From positions 1,376,001 to 1,440,000 of the forward strand of contig OZ244651.1 in the NCBI GenBank assembly GCA_965218695.1: a DNA stretch of 64,000 bases. Reading direction: 5' to 3'. This document shows, one piece after another, positions 9,970 to 20,097 of the stretch (position 1 is its first letter; every line of letters begins with the position of its first letter). Position numbers and translations under genes: made by a program. Source of the DNA: Nitrosopumilus sp. (GTDB taxonomy: Archaea; Thermoproteota; Nitrososphaeria; Nitrososphaerales; Nitrosopumilaceae). The notes beneath the pieces were generated by a model. It worked only from the letters and a program-made list of their open reading frames with translations, searched no databases and was not told the origin of the DNA.

Positions 9970-10709
9970 CAGGTACAGTCTACCTTGTGGGTGCGGGTCC
10001 GGGTGATCACAAACTGATCACGCTGCGTGCAGCCGAGCTTATACGGGATGCAGACGTGGTGCTGTATGACCGGCTTGTGGGCGAGAAGATAATCGCGATG
10101 ATACCTGCATCCGCAGAGAAGGTGTACGTCGGCCGTGCAGTGGGCGACGAGACGACCCACCAGGACGGTACCAACGATCTGATGGTGAGGCATGCCCGAC
10201 TCAAAAAAACAGTCGTCAGGCTCAAGGGAGGGGATCCGTTCATCTTTGGCAGGGGAGGCGAAGAGGCCGAGTTTCTCCAAAAACACGGAGTCCGGTATGA
10301 GGTAGTTCCCGGCATTACCTCGGGAATGGGCTCTGCGGCATATTGCGGCATTCCGCTCACGCACCGGAGACATTCCTCGTCTGTAGTGTTTGTGACCGGC
10401 CACGAGGATCCGCAAAAGGATGCAGAATCCGTCAAATGGACGAATCTTGCAGGTTCCGTTGACACGATTGTAATCATGATGGGACTGTCCCGAATTGGCA
10501 CCATCTGCAGACAGCTGGCGGCCGGGGGGATGAGCAAGGATATGCCCGTTGCAGTAATTCAGGACGGCACCGCGCCGGGGCAAAAGATGATCACCGGAAC
10601 GATCTCTGATATTGCAGGGCTGGTAGAGGAGAACCGGATTGCGCCTCCCGCCAACATCATAATTGGCAGGGTCGTTGACCTGAACAAGACGATCGGGTGG
10701 AGGCCATGA
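9966..10709 (+). CDS. cobA: Uroporphyrinogen-III C-methyltransferase
   Basis: VYLVGAGPGD, RLKGGDPFIFGRGGEE, VVPGITS. Confidence 0.95.
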   Translation: MTGTVYLVGAGPGDHKLITLRAAELIRDADVVLYDRLVGEKIIAMIPASAEKVYVGRAVGDETTHQDGTNDLMVRHARLKKTVVRLKGGDPFIFGRGGEEAEFLQKHGVRYEVVPGITSGMGSAAYCGIPLTHRRHSSSVVFVTGHEDPQKDAESVKWTNLAGSVDTIVIMMGLSRIGTICRQLAAGGMSKDMPVAVIQDGTAPGQKMITGTISDIAGLVEENRIAPPANIIIGRVVDLNKTIGWRP

Positions 10710-11503
10710 ACAGAACCGTTGCAATAACACGCTCGCCCGAAGACGCAGCCGAGTTTGTCAGCCTAGCCGAGAGGGACGGCATCGTGACGTACGCGCTGCC
10801 CACAATCCAGCTGGTCAGCAGGGGCCTGCAGATAGTGGACGAGTTTCTGGGACACGTCGCAGAATACTCTCCGGACTATTCTGTCTTTATGAGCTCCAAG
10901 GCAGTAAGACTGCTGTTTGACACTGCCAGGCAAAACTCCAAGCTCGATGAGCTGCGGCTTGCCGTAGCCAACACCGTGGTGGTCGCGGTGGGCCCCAAGA
11001 CGGGGGATGCCCTTGAAGAGCAGGGAATACGCGTCAACCAGATGCCCGCAAGGACATACTCGTCTGTGGGCGTGGGAGAGGTGTTTACAAGGATTGACGC
11101 CGTGGGCAAAAAGGTCATCATTCCCAGAAGCGGGGCGTCGACCCCGTTCCTCAAGGAACTCCTAAACAAGATAGGCTTGGACGTGCTGGAGGTCCATCTT
11201 TATGACGTGTGTGCGTTCCGGGACACCACCGAATGGAACGGGTTCCGCAAGGCGTTTTATGAAGGGACGGTGGACGGAATCGTGTTTACCAGCGCATCGT
11301 CTGTGCGCGGGTTCTTTGATATAATGTCCCGTGATCACGATGCTGCATCCCTGTCCTCGCACCTGCAGAAGACAGCCGTGGTTGCAATCGGACCGTTCAC
11401 TGCAGACGAGCTGAAAAAGTTCGGCGTGCCAAACGCAGTATCCCGGGTACACACGGTTTCAGGCGCATTTGACACCCTCAAGGACATGCTCCCGGCCCCA
11501 TGA
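10706..11503 (+). CDS. hemD: Uroporphyrinogen-III synthase
   Basis: VAITR, AVGPKT, VFTSASSV, AIGPFTA; follows cobA. Confidence 0.92.
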   Translation: MNRTVAITRSPEDAAEFVSLAERDGIVTYALPTIQLVSRGLQIVDEFLGHVAEYSPDYSVFMSSKAVRLLFDTARQNSKLDELRLAVANTVVVAVGPKTGDALEEQGIRVNQMPARTYSSVGVGEVFTRIDAVGKKVIIPRSGASTPFLKELLNKIGLDVLEVHLYDVCAFRDTTEWNGFRKAFYEGTVDGIVFTSASSVRGFFDIMSRDHDAASLSSHLQKTAVVAIGPFTADELKKFGVPNAVSRVHTVSGAFDTLKDMLPAP

Positions 11504-11704
11504 CGCCTGTTGCAGGAGTTGGCAGGGACGGCAAGTGGCGTACCGGGATGTCCGGAGCCTTGCTGCATACCCGAACATGCGCTATCCCGTAGCGCATTAA
11601 ACTGCCATTATTCCTGCGTTGACTGAGGCAGACCGCTTTCCGGATGACATCGGCTGTCCTGCCAAATGCATGAACTTATTTGAAACCATGTTCAACCTAA
11701 ACTC

Positions 11705-12211
11705 ATGAAGATCTACATACTGAGGCACGGAAAGGCAGAGGGCTTTGCAGCCGGAGTCCAGAGTGACGCCAAAAGAAGACTGACGCCTGCCGGCCGTCGT
11801 GAGATGGAACTGGTAGCCGACGGAATAAAGAACATCAACGTCTCCTTTGACTACGTAGTGTCAAGTCCGCTTGCCCGGGCCAGGGAGACTGCCGATATCG
11901 TGGCAAGATCCCTCCATGGGAATGACATGACAGTAACCGTGTGGGATGAGATGAAGCCCGAATCCAACGTGACAGATGCGCACAGACTGCTTGCCAAACT
12001 GCCTCCAGACACCCGGATACTTCTTGTCGGCCATGAGCCGCATCTCTCCTGCCTGGCATCGTCGATAATATCTCAGACCGGCGCTGCTACTGCTGCAATA
12101 AACCTCAAGAAGGGGGGACTTGCGATCCTGGATGGCAATACCCGCAATTCCAAGATTACCGGGACACTGCGCAGTCTCCTTACCCCTCGGCAGATAAGAC
12201 TATGCAGATAG
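11705..12211 (+). CDS. sixA: Phosphohistidine phosphatase SixA
   Basis: LRHGKA, SSPLARARET, LVGHEP, KKGG. Confidence 0.92.
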   Translation: MKIYILRHGKAEGFAAGVQSDAKRRLTPAGRREMELVADGIKNINVSFDYVVSSPLARARETADIVARSLHGNDMTVTVWDEMKPESNVTDAHRLLAKLPPDTRILLVGHEPHLSCLASSIISQTGAATAAINLKKGGLAILDGNTRNSKITGTLRSLLTPRQIRLCR

Positions 12212-12215
12212 AGAT

Positions 12216-13790
12216 GTGAATCAATTGGGTGGTGACAGTGCAGAAACAAAACCGGCACAAGTCCGGAATCTTGTGAAGATCAAGGCCGCCTCCGTTCTGG
12301 ATCTTGGTTCAAACTCTGTCAAGCTTGCAAACTATGCCATTAACCGCCACGGTACCTACAAGCCATACCACCAGGAATCCGCACGCCTCAAGCTCTTTGA
12401 CGGCATGGAAGACGAGGTTCTCGAGGAGGAGTATGTCGACAAAACCGTAGAGTCCCTCAAGCTCTTTAGAAATATCGTTGATTTTGAGAACATATCCTAC
12501 GTGATATCCGTTGCCACAAGCGCCATAAGGGACGCCAAGAACAGGGACGAGATAGTACAAAGGATCCGCAGGGAAGCCGGCTTTGACTTTAGGATACTTT
12601 CAGATCATGACGAGGCGGTATTCTCATACACCGGGGCCATCCGGGCCCTTCGCATTCCATCCGTACTGTTCTTTGATATTGGCGGGGGCAGCCTTGAGAT
12701 GGTGCTTGCCAAAGACTATGGGATCAAGAAGGTCCTGTCACTGCCGCTTGGTGCGCTGAGACTGACTAGGATGTTCTCTGACGGGCCCACATACGAGACG
12801 ACTGATCTCGACAGAATGACCAACCATGTCCGCAAGACCCTTCCGAGCCGGGATGATCTTGGCCTGTCCGGTTCGGAGAGGCCGGTGCTAGTCGGCGTGG
12901 GCGGAATCCTGCGGGCACTGGCAAGGTACAACCAGTATCGCCGGGAATACAGCCTCTCAAAAGTACACAACTACCGGCTCGGCCATGACTCGCTAGCAGA
13001 GATCTACAAACGTATTTGCTCCCTTCCTGTAGACAAGATTGCCAGCATACCTGCAATCGGAAAGGGGCGGGCAGATATCGTCAAGGCAGGCAATCTTGTG
13101 ATTCTGCAGCTTATGAAGACGCTGGGATTTGACAGCCTTACGGTGAGCGCCCACGGACTCCGGGAGGGAACCCTTGCACTATCGCTCCAGTACCCGAAGA
13201 AGTTTGACGACGAATCCCTGGCCCATTCGGATATCCGGGACGTGGTCTGCACCCGTCCCAGCGATCCGGCAGAATCGGCAGGCAATCTTGTCCACCTGAT
13301 GTTCTCCATGAACCTCATGTCGGGCCACGAGAGGGATCTGCTCTCCTACGCACTAACCGAGATCGACAACCTCGGGGCCTTTAGGGATGTTGAAAATGTC
13401 CTGTATTCGGTCATGGATAATGACAGCCATCTGAGCCACAAGGACCAGCTCACCGTGGCGCTGGCACTAATCTATTCCAAAAAGAAGAACAAGATAGATC
13501 CGCTCATACTCAGGTTTGAGAACATACTGGAATCAAGTGACAAGAAACTGATTAAAAAGATATCATCTGTCGTCTCCATATGTGACATATTCCACAAGAC
13601 GTCTGCAAGGGTGGATGCTGCATCCGATTCTCCTGACTCCATCACGATCTCAATCCAGCCAAAGACGCGTATCTTTCCAGAGATGCTGCTGCACCAGATG
13701 CGCCGAAGGCTGGAAGGCACGCTTGGAATCTCGATTGAATATGATGTGCATTATCCCGAATCCGACCATTCTGATGCCGCGAAAACGTGA
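12216..13790 (+). CDS. ppx: Exopolyphosphatase Ppx/GppA family
   Basis: LDLGSNS, ATSAIRDA, DIGGGSLE, GLREG. Confidence 0.92.
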   Translation: MNQLGGDSAETKPAQVRNLVKIKAASVLDLGSNSVKLANYAINRHGTYKPYHQESARLKLFDGMEDEVLEEEYVDKTVESLKLFRNIVDFENISYVISVATSAIRDAKNRDEIVQRIRREAGFDFRILSDHDEAVFSYTGAIRALRIPSVLFFDIGGGSLEMVLAKDYGIKKVLSLPLGALRLTRMFSDGPTYETTDLDRMTNHVRKTLPSRDDLGLSGSERPVLVGVGGILRALARYNQYRREYSLSKVHNYRLGHDSLAEIYKRICSLPVDKIASIPAIGKGRADIVKAGNLVILQLMKTLGFDSLTVSAHGLREGTLALSLQYPKKFDDESLAHSDIRDVVCTRPSDPAESAGNLVHLMFSMNLMSGHERDLLSYALTEIDNLGAFRDVENVLYSVMDNDSHLSHKDQLTVALALIYSKKKNKIDPLILRFENILESSDKKLIKKISSVVSICDIFHKTSARVDAASDSPDSITISIQPKTRIFPEMLLHQMRRRLEGTLGISIEYDVHYPESDHSDAAKT

Positions 13791-13824
13791 GATGTGCCCT
13801 GCCCATGTCACTTGGAAATGGAAT

Positions 13825-15369
13825 GTATGAATTCACCTGCCCCTTATATCAGTCGACCAACTTCTTCGGCCACGCTCTTGCCATGTGCCCTCCACGTGAG
13901 GACGCACGTGACAAAATCTGCAAGGCGCTTCATGGCCTTGGAGCCGCCCTTGGTCTGCCCGCTTATCTTGCGGAACACCACCAGGTAGCGCAGCGCCCTC
14001 TCGCTGGCGTTGTTTGTAGGCTCGACGCCGGGATGCTCCAGGAACGCAAACATGCGGTGCAGGTGCCTCTCGAGCTTGTCCAGCACCTTTTGCATGTCGT
14101 CATCGTTACCACCACCACCGGCATCGCGGTACCGGTCAAGCACGTCCTGCATGGTGCGGTTCATCGTATGCCGCAGCTGTGGCGAGCGCGCCTCCTGCGC
14201 GGCCAGCAGTTTTGCCCTCTCAAACACCCACTTGTGGTCCTCGTGGAGCTGCTGCCGCCGCCGCCGGACACGTTTGGTCTCGGGAGGCACGGCGCAGTAT
14301 TTTTCTGCCAGGTGCCTTGTCTGCCGGAGGTCGTGCGCCCAGCACGACTGGTGCATGCCGTCCTTGTCAAACCTGTCATATCCGGTGTACCCGTCAGTTA
14401 TCGCCACCCCGTCAAATTTGTCCATGGCATCGAGCATGAGCGTGGCCCTGCTCTGGCTGATGTTTATTGCGATGTTTTTGCCCGACTGTGCCACGTTTGC
14501 GTGTACCTTCTGGCCGTCGTTTCGCCAGCTGGTTTCGTCAAACCCGGCACAGTCAGAAGCCTCCACTTCCCCGAGGATCCTGCCTGCCTCGTGGCCCGAG
14601 GCGTCCCCGACGCGTGCCATGATGTTGTTGACGGTGGATCCTGCAAGCATAATGCCCGTTATGGAGCGCACCGCGACCGAGATTCCCTTGAGCGGCACCC
14701 GTGCCGCGCGCAGTTCTGAGACGAGTCCGACCATGCCCTTGCCGAAGTTGCCCCGCCGCGGCAGGTCGTTTGGAGCATCTTCCCTGCGGCCGCATGAGCC
14801 GCATACTGCAGTCTCCACGCGGTGCCGCGTCTCGCACGCAGTCACCCTGATGTCCGTGATGTCCCGCACGCGCGGACTGCCAATCGCCATCCGGCCGCCG
14901 CCGCCGCCGCACCCGCATTCCGGGAGCACCGGCACCCGCCTCCTGCCCGACTTCCTGCGCCCGAACCTGTGGGATACGGTCCTTTCCGGGTCGTGGGGGC
15001 GCGACGCCCCCGCGTGTCCCTTTCTTCCCCCGCGCTTGGATTTGCCCTCCTTTTCCTGTTTTTTTGCCCGCTCCCTCTTCTGGGCCTTCCATTCCAGGGA
15101 TTCAGATGAGGGCGGCGTGTTGGGGTTTGTATAGTATGTCATGAGGCGTTCGCTGTACCCCAAGGCCCTTTCAAGACGTTCTATCCTGCCAAGTGCCTTC
15201 TCAAGATCGGATTTGAGGGTGGCAATCTCCCGGTTCCGTGCTAGGAGTTCCTCTTTTAGCTGGTCCCTGCTCATGTGCCGTGAATTTACCATGTAAAGTG
15301 ATGTGTATTGCCAGCATATGGATCAGTATGATCATTTTTTTGTGACAGGAAGGACAGGTGAATTCATAC
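13825..15369 (-). mobile_element. IS66-family element type A, copy 1 (single ORF, ISBst12-like)
   Basis: IR GTATGAATTCACCTG at both ends; 8-bp TSD AATGGAAT (13817-24 / 15370-77). Confidence 0.93.
13844..15292 (-). CDS. IS66 family transposase (type A)
   Basis: Coiled coil, Zn ribbon, FDETSW, TDGY, CWAH, PTNNASERALR. Confidence 0.93.
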   Translation of the reverse strand: MVNSRHMSRDQLKEELLARNREIATLKSDLEKALGRIERLERALGYSERLMTYYTNPNTPPSSESLEWKAQKRERAKKQEKEGKSKRGGRKGHAGASRPHDPERTVSHRFGRRKSGRRRVPVLPECGCGGGGGRMAIGSPRVRDITDIRVTACETRHRVETAVCGSCGRREDAPNDLPRRGNFGKGMVGLVSELRAARVPLKGISVAVRSITGIMLAGSTVNNIMARVGDASGHEAGRILGEVEASDCAGFDETSWRNDGQKVHANVAQSGKNIAINISQSRATLMLDAMDKFDGVAITDGYTGYDRFDKDGMHQSCWAHDLRQTRHLAEKYCAVPPETKRVRRRRQQLHEDHKWVFERAKLLAAQEARSPQLRHTMNRTMQDVLDRYRDAGGGGNDDDMQKVLDKLERHLHRMFAFLEHPGVEPTNNASERALRYLVVFRKISGQTKGGSKAMKRLADFVTCVLTWRAHGKSVAEEVGRLI

Positions 15370-15800
15370 AATGGAATGCAGCTAAGCGAAATGTGCTTTG
15401 ATCTAGGCAAAATCTGACAAGAATGCAAGCAGATCAATAAGGGTACGGCCCTATGGTTTTTGTTGTCTAGACAAAAAACCAAGCAGGGCCGCGATCTACT
15501 GAACAATCCAAGAATATATCAAGATGTCGCAAGCGGCATGAAAAACATGCTTGCCTGCGCCAACACGTCAAACAGGTACAATGCGGTATTTGGAACAGAC
15601 GATCTAAATCACGGCATGCTGAGGGGAGCCACCATGGATTCGTCCGTAGGCGGGTGCGCAAACGCGGTAAAGCGCACGCACTGCGACGCTCCCTCCGACA
15701 GGTGGCATGCATCGGCAATCAAGGGGATGGAGCAGGGCACGGTTCAGCGCGCATTCGAAGAAATGGTGGCAGTGCAACTTGACACATTCAAAAAACTGGG

Positions 15801-17441
15801 ATAACTGCATAGTTTTTTGATCAAATGTTGAACTCCATGCCTACGCGCGTCTATGCAGTTTTTTGACGTGGAGCCAGGCCCTCGCGCAGGATCGTGCCAA
15901 GATCATCTCCCCTTGCCTTGCATGTCTGCTTGATGCTCATCAGCGTGGCAATGGCATCTGCACCCTTCTTTGACCTGCTCCCGTTGCTGTTCTTGCGCAG
16001 GATGACGCACGGCCTGATGGCCCGCTCTGCCCGGTTGTTGTGGTATTCGACGCCGTCTGTCTCCAGAAACGCAAACAGGTGGCCTTTTTCCCGCACCAGC
16101 CTCTTGCGCATCCTGTTGCAGTGCTTGCAGTCGCGGTCCTTTTCGAGCCTGCCGATAAGTGACGCGATACGACGATCCAGCCTCTTCTTTGCGGCAAGCG
16201 CGTCTGTCCCTCCCGGAACGGCGCCGTCGATGTGCGAGTCCCACAGTATCGCGCGCAGCGTCCTTGCGTGACGCTTGTAGTCGTAGCCGGGATTCTTGTA
16301 TTTCAGGGTGTCCTTGATGTCCCGGGCGTAATGAAGGTGGCACTTTTGGTGTTCGGATCCGATGACGTTCCACGCGGCCCACGAGTCAGACGTGACGCAT
16401 CCCGGGTAGTCCTTGCCGAGCATCTTTTTTGGAACCTTCGAGTTCCTGTGGCGGTGCACCTCGTAGATTACGGCGTACCTGGCTACAGCCACCCACAGCC
16501 AGTAGTTCGTGCCGTCGACGCGCCAGATTGTCTCGTCCCCGTTTATCGCAGGCGAGTTTCTTACCTCCTCCTTGATCTTCTCGTACAGCGGCCCGAGCTC
16601 CCGGGCCATCCTGCACACCATGCGGTTTATCGCAGATTCCGTGATTCTTGCCGAGTACATCATCATGACAATATTGCATATTCTGAGGTCTGACATGCCG
16701 TGCAGCCTGAGGATGACCATCATTATCATAAAGTTGATCCCGTACCTGGAGTTTGGCAGTGCCAGCGGAGTCCTGCCGGACACGGTCCTCTTGCAGTTCC
16801 TGCAACGCCTTCTCTTTACTGTCACCTTGATGTGCTTTAGTTCCGTCTTGGCAGCCTCCCTTACCACCTTTGTGTACGTGGATACGCACTCGGAGAGGTC
16901 GGAGCTGCCGCAGTTGTCGCACGTGTGGGGATCTGCCGTCTCCTCTGCGTCTATTCTTTCAGGACGCGCAAGGCCCGTGCGTTTGTGGTCACTTGGCTTG
17001 CCCTTGGCCTTGCCCTTGCCCTTTGCGCGGCGCCGGGTACTGCCGGTCTTTTTGTCCGGTTTTGCGCCGATGCTCCTTGCAACGGCAGCCGATATGATGC
17101 CCTTTGCCTCCTGCAACTCTGCCGTGAGATCCTGGATCTGTTTGAGGGCGGCAGCGTAAAGATCAGCGAGTTTGGCCATCTGCCGGTCTTTTTCGGCCAT
17201 CTGCCGGTCTTTTTCGGCCATCTGCTCTGCCATCACACCCACTTTTTCCTCCAGTTCTGCAATCTTTGACTCGGAATTATCATCAGACATATGCAAACCG
17301 TGGGCAACAATGATCTAAAAATTAGGACGGAGAGAAAAACTCGATCAAGTGATCAAAAATAGTTTTAAAAAATTAGACAGACGCGGATTTTCTGATTGTA
17401 GATATGGAGTTCAACATTTGATCAAAAAACTACACAGATAC
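15801..17441 (-). mobile_element. IS66-family element type B nested in ISH3-A
   Basis: ~38-bp IR containing TAGTTTTTTGATCAAATGTTGAACTCCAT; 8-bp TSD AAACTGGG (15793-800 / 17442-49). Confidence 0.92.
15851..17296 (-). CDS. IS66 family transposase (type B)
   Basis: GDETIW, SDSW, QKCHLH, HNNRAERAIR; QMAEKDR heptad repeat. Confidence 0.92.
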   Translation of the reverse strand: MHMSDDNSESKIAELEEKVGVMAEQMAEKDRQMAEKDRQMAKLADLYAAALKQIQDLTAELQEAKGIISAAVARSIGAKPDKKTGSTRRRAKGKGKAKGKPSDHKRTGLARPERIDAEETADPHTCDNCGSSDLSECVSTYTKVVREAAKTELKHIKVTVKRRRCRNCKRTVSGRTPLALPNSRYGINFMIMMVILRLHGMSDLRICNIVMMMYSARITESAINRMVCRMARELGPLYEKIKEEVRNSPAINGDETIWRVDGTNYWLWVAVARYAVIYEVHRHRNSKVPKKMLGKDYPGCVTSDSWAAWNVIGSEHQKCHLHYARDIKDTLKYKNPGYDYKRHARTLRAILWDSHIDGAVPGGTDALAAKKRLDRRIASLIGRLEKDRDCKHCNRMRKRLVREKGHLFAFLETDGVEYHNNRAERAIRPCVILRKNSNGSRSKKGADAIATLMSIKQTCKARGDDLGTILREGLAPRQKTA

Positions 17442-18407
17442 AAACTGGGCAAATTCCCAAAAGAAGGACTGGACATCGCAATCGACATGCACCTCATACC
17501 GCGTTATGACCGGGCACCCGGAGGGGAGCTGACCCGTTCCAAATACAAAAACGGAACCACGTATTTTGAGCGTTACATGACAGTCCAGTGCGTAAACGAC
17601 AAGATGCGCATGGTCCTTGCAGCATCATACCTCAAAAGGCTCGAATTCGTGCCTGATTACGTGGATGCAGTCCTCAAGACCATGGCAGGGATGGGCATCA
17701 GGATCCGCCTGGCGCGGAATTCTTCTCAGTCGACACGATAAGCAGGCTGCGGGCACGGCGTAAGGTACCTGATGCCGCAGGAACACGCCCAACGTGCACT
17801 GCTTGACCGGGAATTCTTCTCAGTCGACACGATAAGCAGGCTGCGGGCAAACGGCGTAAGGTACCTGATGCCGTGCAGGAACACGCCCAACGTGGTGGAA
17901 GCCCTGCAGGATTTTGCACAAGGAAAGAGGGAAAGGATCTCAACAAACGTGATTGAGAACAACCAGGGCTCCGTCGAATATTCCATGATAATAACTGAAA
18001 GAAAAAACGCCAAAGACCCTGATGTCCCGGAAGAGAAATACATCGGGTTTGCAACAAACCACCCCACAATCAAGACGGAGGCTTATGCCAAAAGATGGGG
18101 AATAGAGACCGGGTACGGTAAAATCGAGGAGTGCAGGGCCAAGACGCGGATTTCGGACATGGAATCGCGGATGTTGTGTTTTTACTATTCCCTAACATTG
18201 TACAATGAATGGATAATCGTCAGGGCAATGCTTTCTGACGGTACCGAAAGGCAGAGTGTCATGACCATGCTCACGTTCAAGGTGCAGTTGGAATCACTCC
18301 TCATACGCCAGTCCAAACCGCCTACCTGATCTCAGATGAGGCACTTTTCGCTTAGCTGGAATGGCTCAAAAACTTATAGATGACCGGCCCTCTCTTAAAA
18401 TCTGAAA

Positions 18408-19118
18408 TTGTCTGCTGCCACAGGATCACCCAAAAACAACAGCGCAACCATTCCCGGAAAACTCATAGTGGTCGAGGGCATTGACGGCTCCGGCAAGTCC
18501 ACCCAGCTCCGCCTGCTTGAGCAGTGGCTGCGGTATGACGGGTTTGAGGTGTTCAGGACCGAGTGGAACTCCTCGGACATGGTCCGCTCCATCACCTCCA
18601 AGGGAAAAAAGAAGGAACTGCTTGTCCCTACCACGTTCAGCCTTCTCCACGCAACCGATTTTGCCGACCGGTTTGAGAGGAACATCCTGCCGTTGCTACA
18701 TGCAGGATACTTCGTCCTTGCCGACAGGTACATCTACACTGCGTATGCAAGGGATGCAACACGCGGGTGCGATCCCAACTGGATAAGGCACGTCTACAAC
18801 TTTGCAATAAAACCTGACATTACATTCTACTTTCGGGTGCCTCTTGATGTCGCGATGGACAGAATCCTTTCTGGCAGGCCGAAGATAAAATTTTACGAGG
18901 CAGGCATGGATCTGCATCTTGCCAAGGACTCTTACGAGAGCTTTCGGATGTTCCAAAGCAGGATAATCGCCCAGTACGAGGCGATGAGCCAGCGGGAGAA
19001 CTTTTGCATCATGGATGCCACCGCCCCTATTCCAAAACAGCAGCAGCTGATGAGAGACGAGGTGCGACGGCTTCTGCCAGAAGAGACAGAGGGGCAGACA
19101 CGCGCGGAGGCTTCCTGA
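18408..19118 (+). CDS. Thymidylate-kinase-like protein 1 (canonical P-loop); candidate polyphosphate kinase subunit
   Basis: EGIDGSGKST, ADRYIYTAYARD; tandem with a paralog and next to ppx once the IS stack is removed. Confidence 0.85.
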   Translation: MSAATGSPKNNSATIPGKLIVVEGIDGSGKSTQLRLLEQWLRYDGFEVFRTEWNSSDMVRSITSKGKKKELLVPTTFSLLHATDFADRFERNILPLLHAGYFVLADRYIYTAYARDATRGCDPNWIRHVYNFAIKPDITFYFRVPLDVAMDRILSGRPKIKFYEAGMDLHLAKDSYESFRMFQSRIIAQYEAMSQRENFCIMDATAPIPKQQQLMRDEVRRLLPEETEGQTRAEAS

Positions 19119-19853
19119 TTGGCAGATCCGACAGGCGTGGTAACCAACAGAACGCCAGAGTGGTACGGCACAAAGAGATCCGGCGGCATTCCATACCTGA
19201 AGGACCTGGAGATCTCCGGACGGCTTATCGTCATTGAGGGGCCGGACGCATCGGGCCGGAGCACGCAGATCGAGCTGCTCACTGCAAAGCTTGAGGCAGA
19301 AGGATACGCGGTGCTTAACACGGGGCTAAACCGCTCTGAGATTATCAGCGAGGGAATCTTGGAGGCCAAGCGCAACGTCTCCCTGGGAAAACGGACGCTT
19401 GCCCTGTTTTATGCAGCCGACTTTGCAGATCAGCTGGAGCACAAGATTATTCCTGCACTCCAGTCAGGGCACGTAGTCTTGGCAGACAGATACATCTACA
19501 CCCTGATGGCCAGAAACACGGTCCGGGGAATCGCACGGAAGTGGTCAAGTGATCTGTACAGCTTTGCACTCGTGCCGGATCTGATCTTTTATATCGACGT
19601 GGACCCGTACGTCCTGGTTCACCGCGTATTTGCAAAGAGGCAGTACCTGGATCACTACGAGTCCGGCGCGGATCTTGGAATATCCGATGACATGTTTGAG
19701 TCGTTTATCAAATACCAGCAAAAGCTCGCAAGGGAGTTTAGGGTTCTCAAACAAAGGTACGACCTGAACGTGATCGACGGAAACCGCACAATCGAGCAGC
19801 TCAACGTGGCATTGGATGAACAGATCAACCTCTATCTCTCCAAGGCGTCATGA
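19119..19853 (+). CDS. Thymidylate-kinase-like protein 2 (altered P-loop GRST); candidate partner subunit
   Basis: EGPDASGRST, ADRYIYTLMAR; TTG start abuts the previous stop. Confidence 0.85.
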   Translation: MADPTGVVTNRTPEWYGTKRSGGIPYLKDLEISGRLIVIEGPDASGRSTQIELLTAKLEAEGYAVLNTGLNRSEIISEGILEAKRNVSLGKRTLALFYAADFADQLEHKIIPALQSGHVVLADRYIYTLMARNTVRGIARKWSSDLYSFALVPDLIFYIDVDPYVLVHRVFAKRQYLDHYESGADLGISDDMFESFIKYQQKLAREFRVLKQRYDLNVIDGNRTIEQLNVALDEQINLYLSKAS

Positions 19854-20097
19854 GCAGCGTACCGGCTGCTGCGTGCCATGAGGGGACGGCACCTGCAAAA
19901 CCAGACATACTGACATGTCTTGTCAGACACCTGCGATCGTCTCCTGCAACACGCATGGGGGGGAAGAGAGGAGTGTGCGAGTCTGCATCTGGGCCGCATT
20001 GCATCCGTGGGGCCGTGGCTGCAGGGTTTTAGCTTCAGCTATTTAGCTATGCCTATTTTTCCTCATCTATTTATAATATAACGGAGTTATTCTGAAC

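Larger units (their letters stand above)
15460..18329 (+). pseudogene. ISH3 transposase broken by IS66-B (15801-17441) and an 84-bp imperfect duplication (17716-17799)
   Basis: Pieces match the intact copy at 28141-29277. Confidence 0.9.
15379..18358 (+). mobile_element. ISH3-family element type A, copy 1, interrupted by a nested IS66
   Basis: IR CAGCTAAGCGAAATGTGC / GCACTTTTCGCTTAGCTG; 5-bp TSD GAATG (15374-78 / 18359-63). Confidence 0.9.

Noticed and set aside
13787-15134. Long antisense ORFs over transposases, metG, pepN and the hem genes (e.g. 310, 374, 383, 396 aa)
   Set aside because: These are shadow ORFs of GC-rich coding strands with no recognisable motifs.
17174-17225. Short direct repeats as a CRISPR array
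   Set aside because: This is a spacer-less 21-bp coding repeat. No repeat-spacer array or cas gene was seen anywhere in the window.
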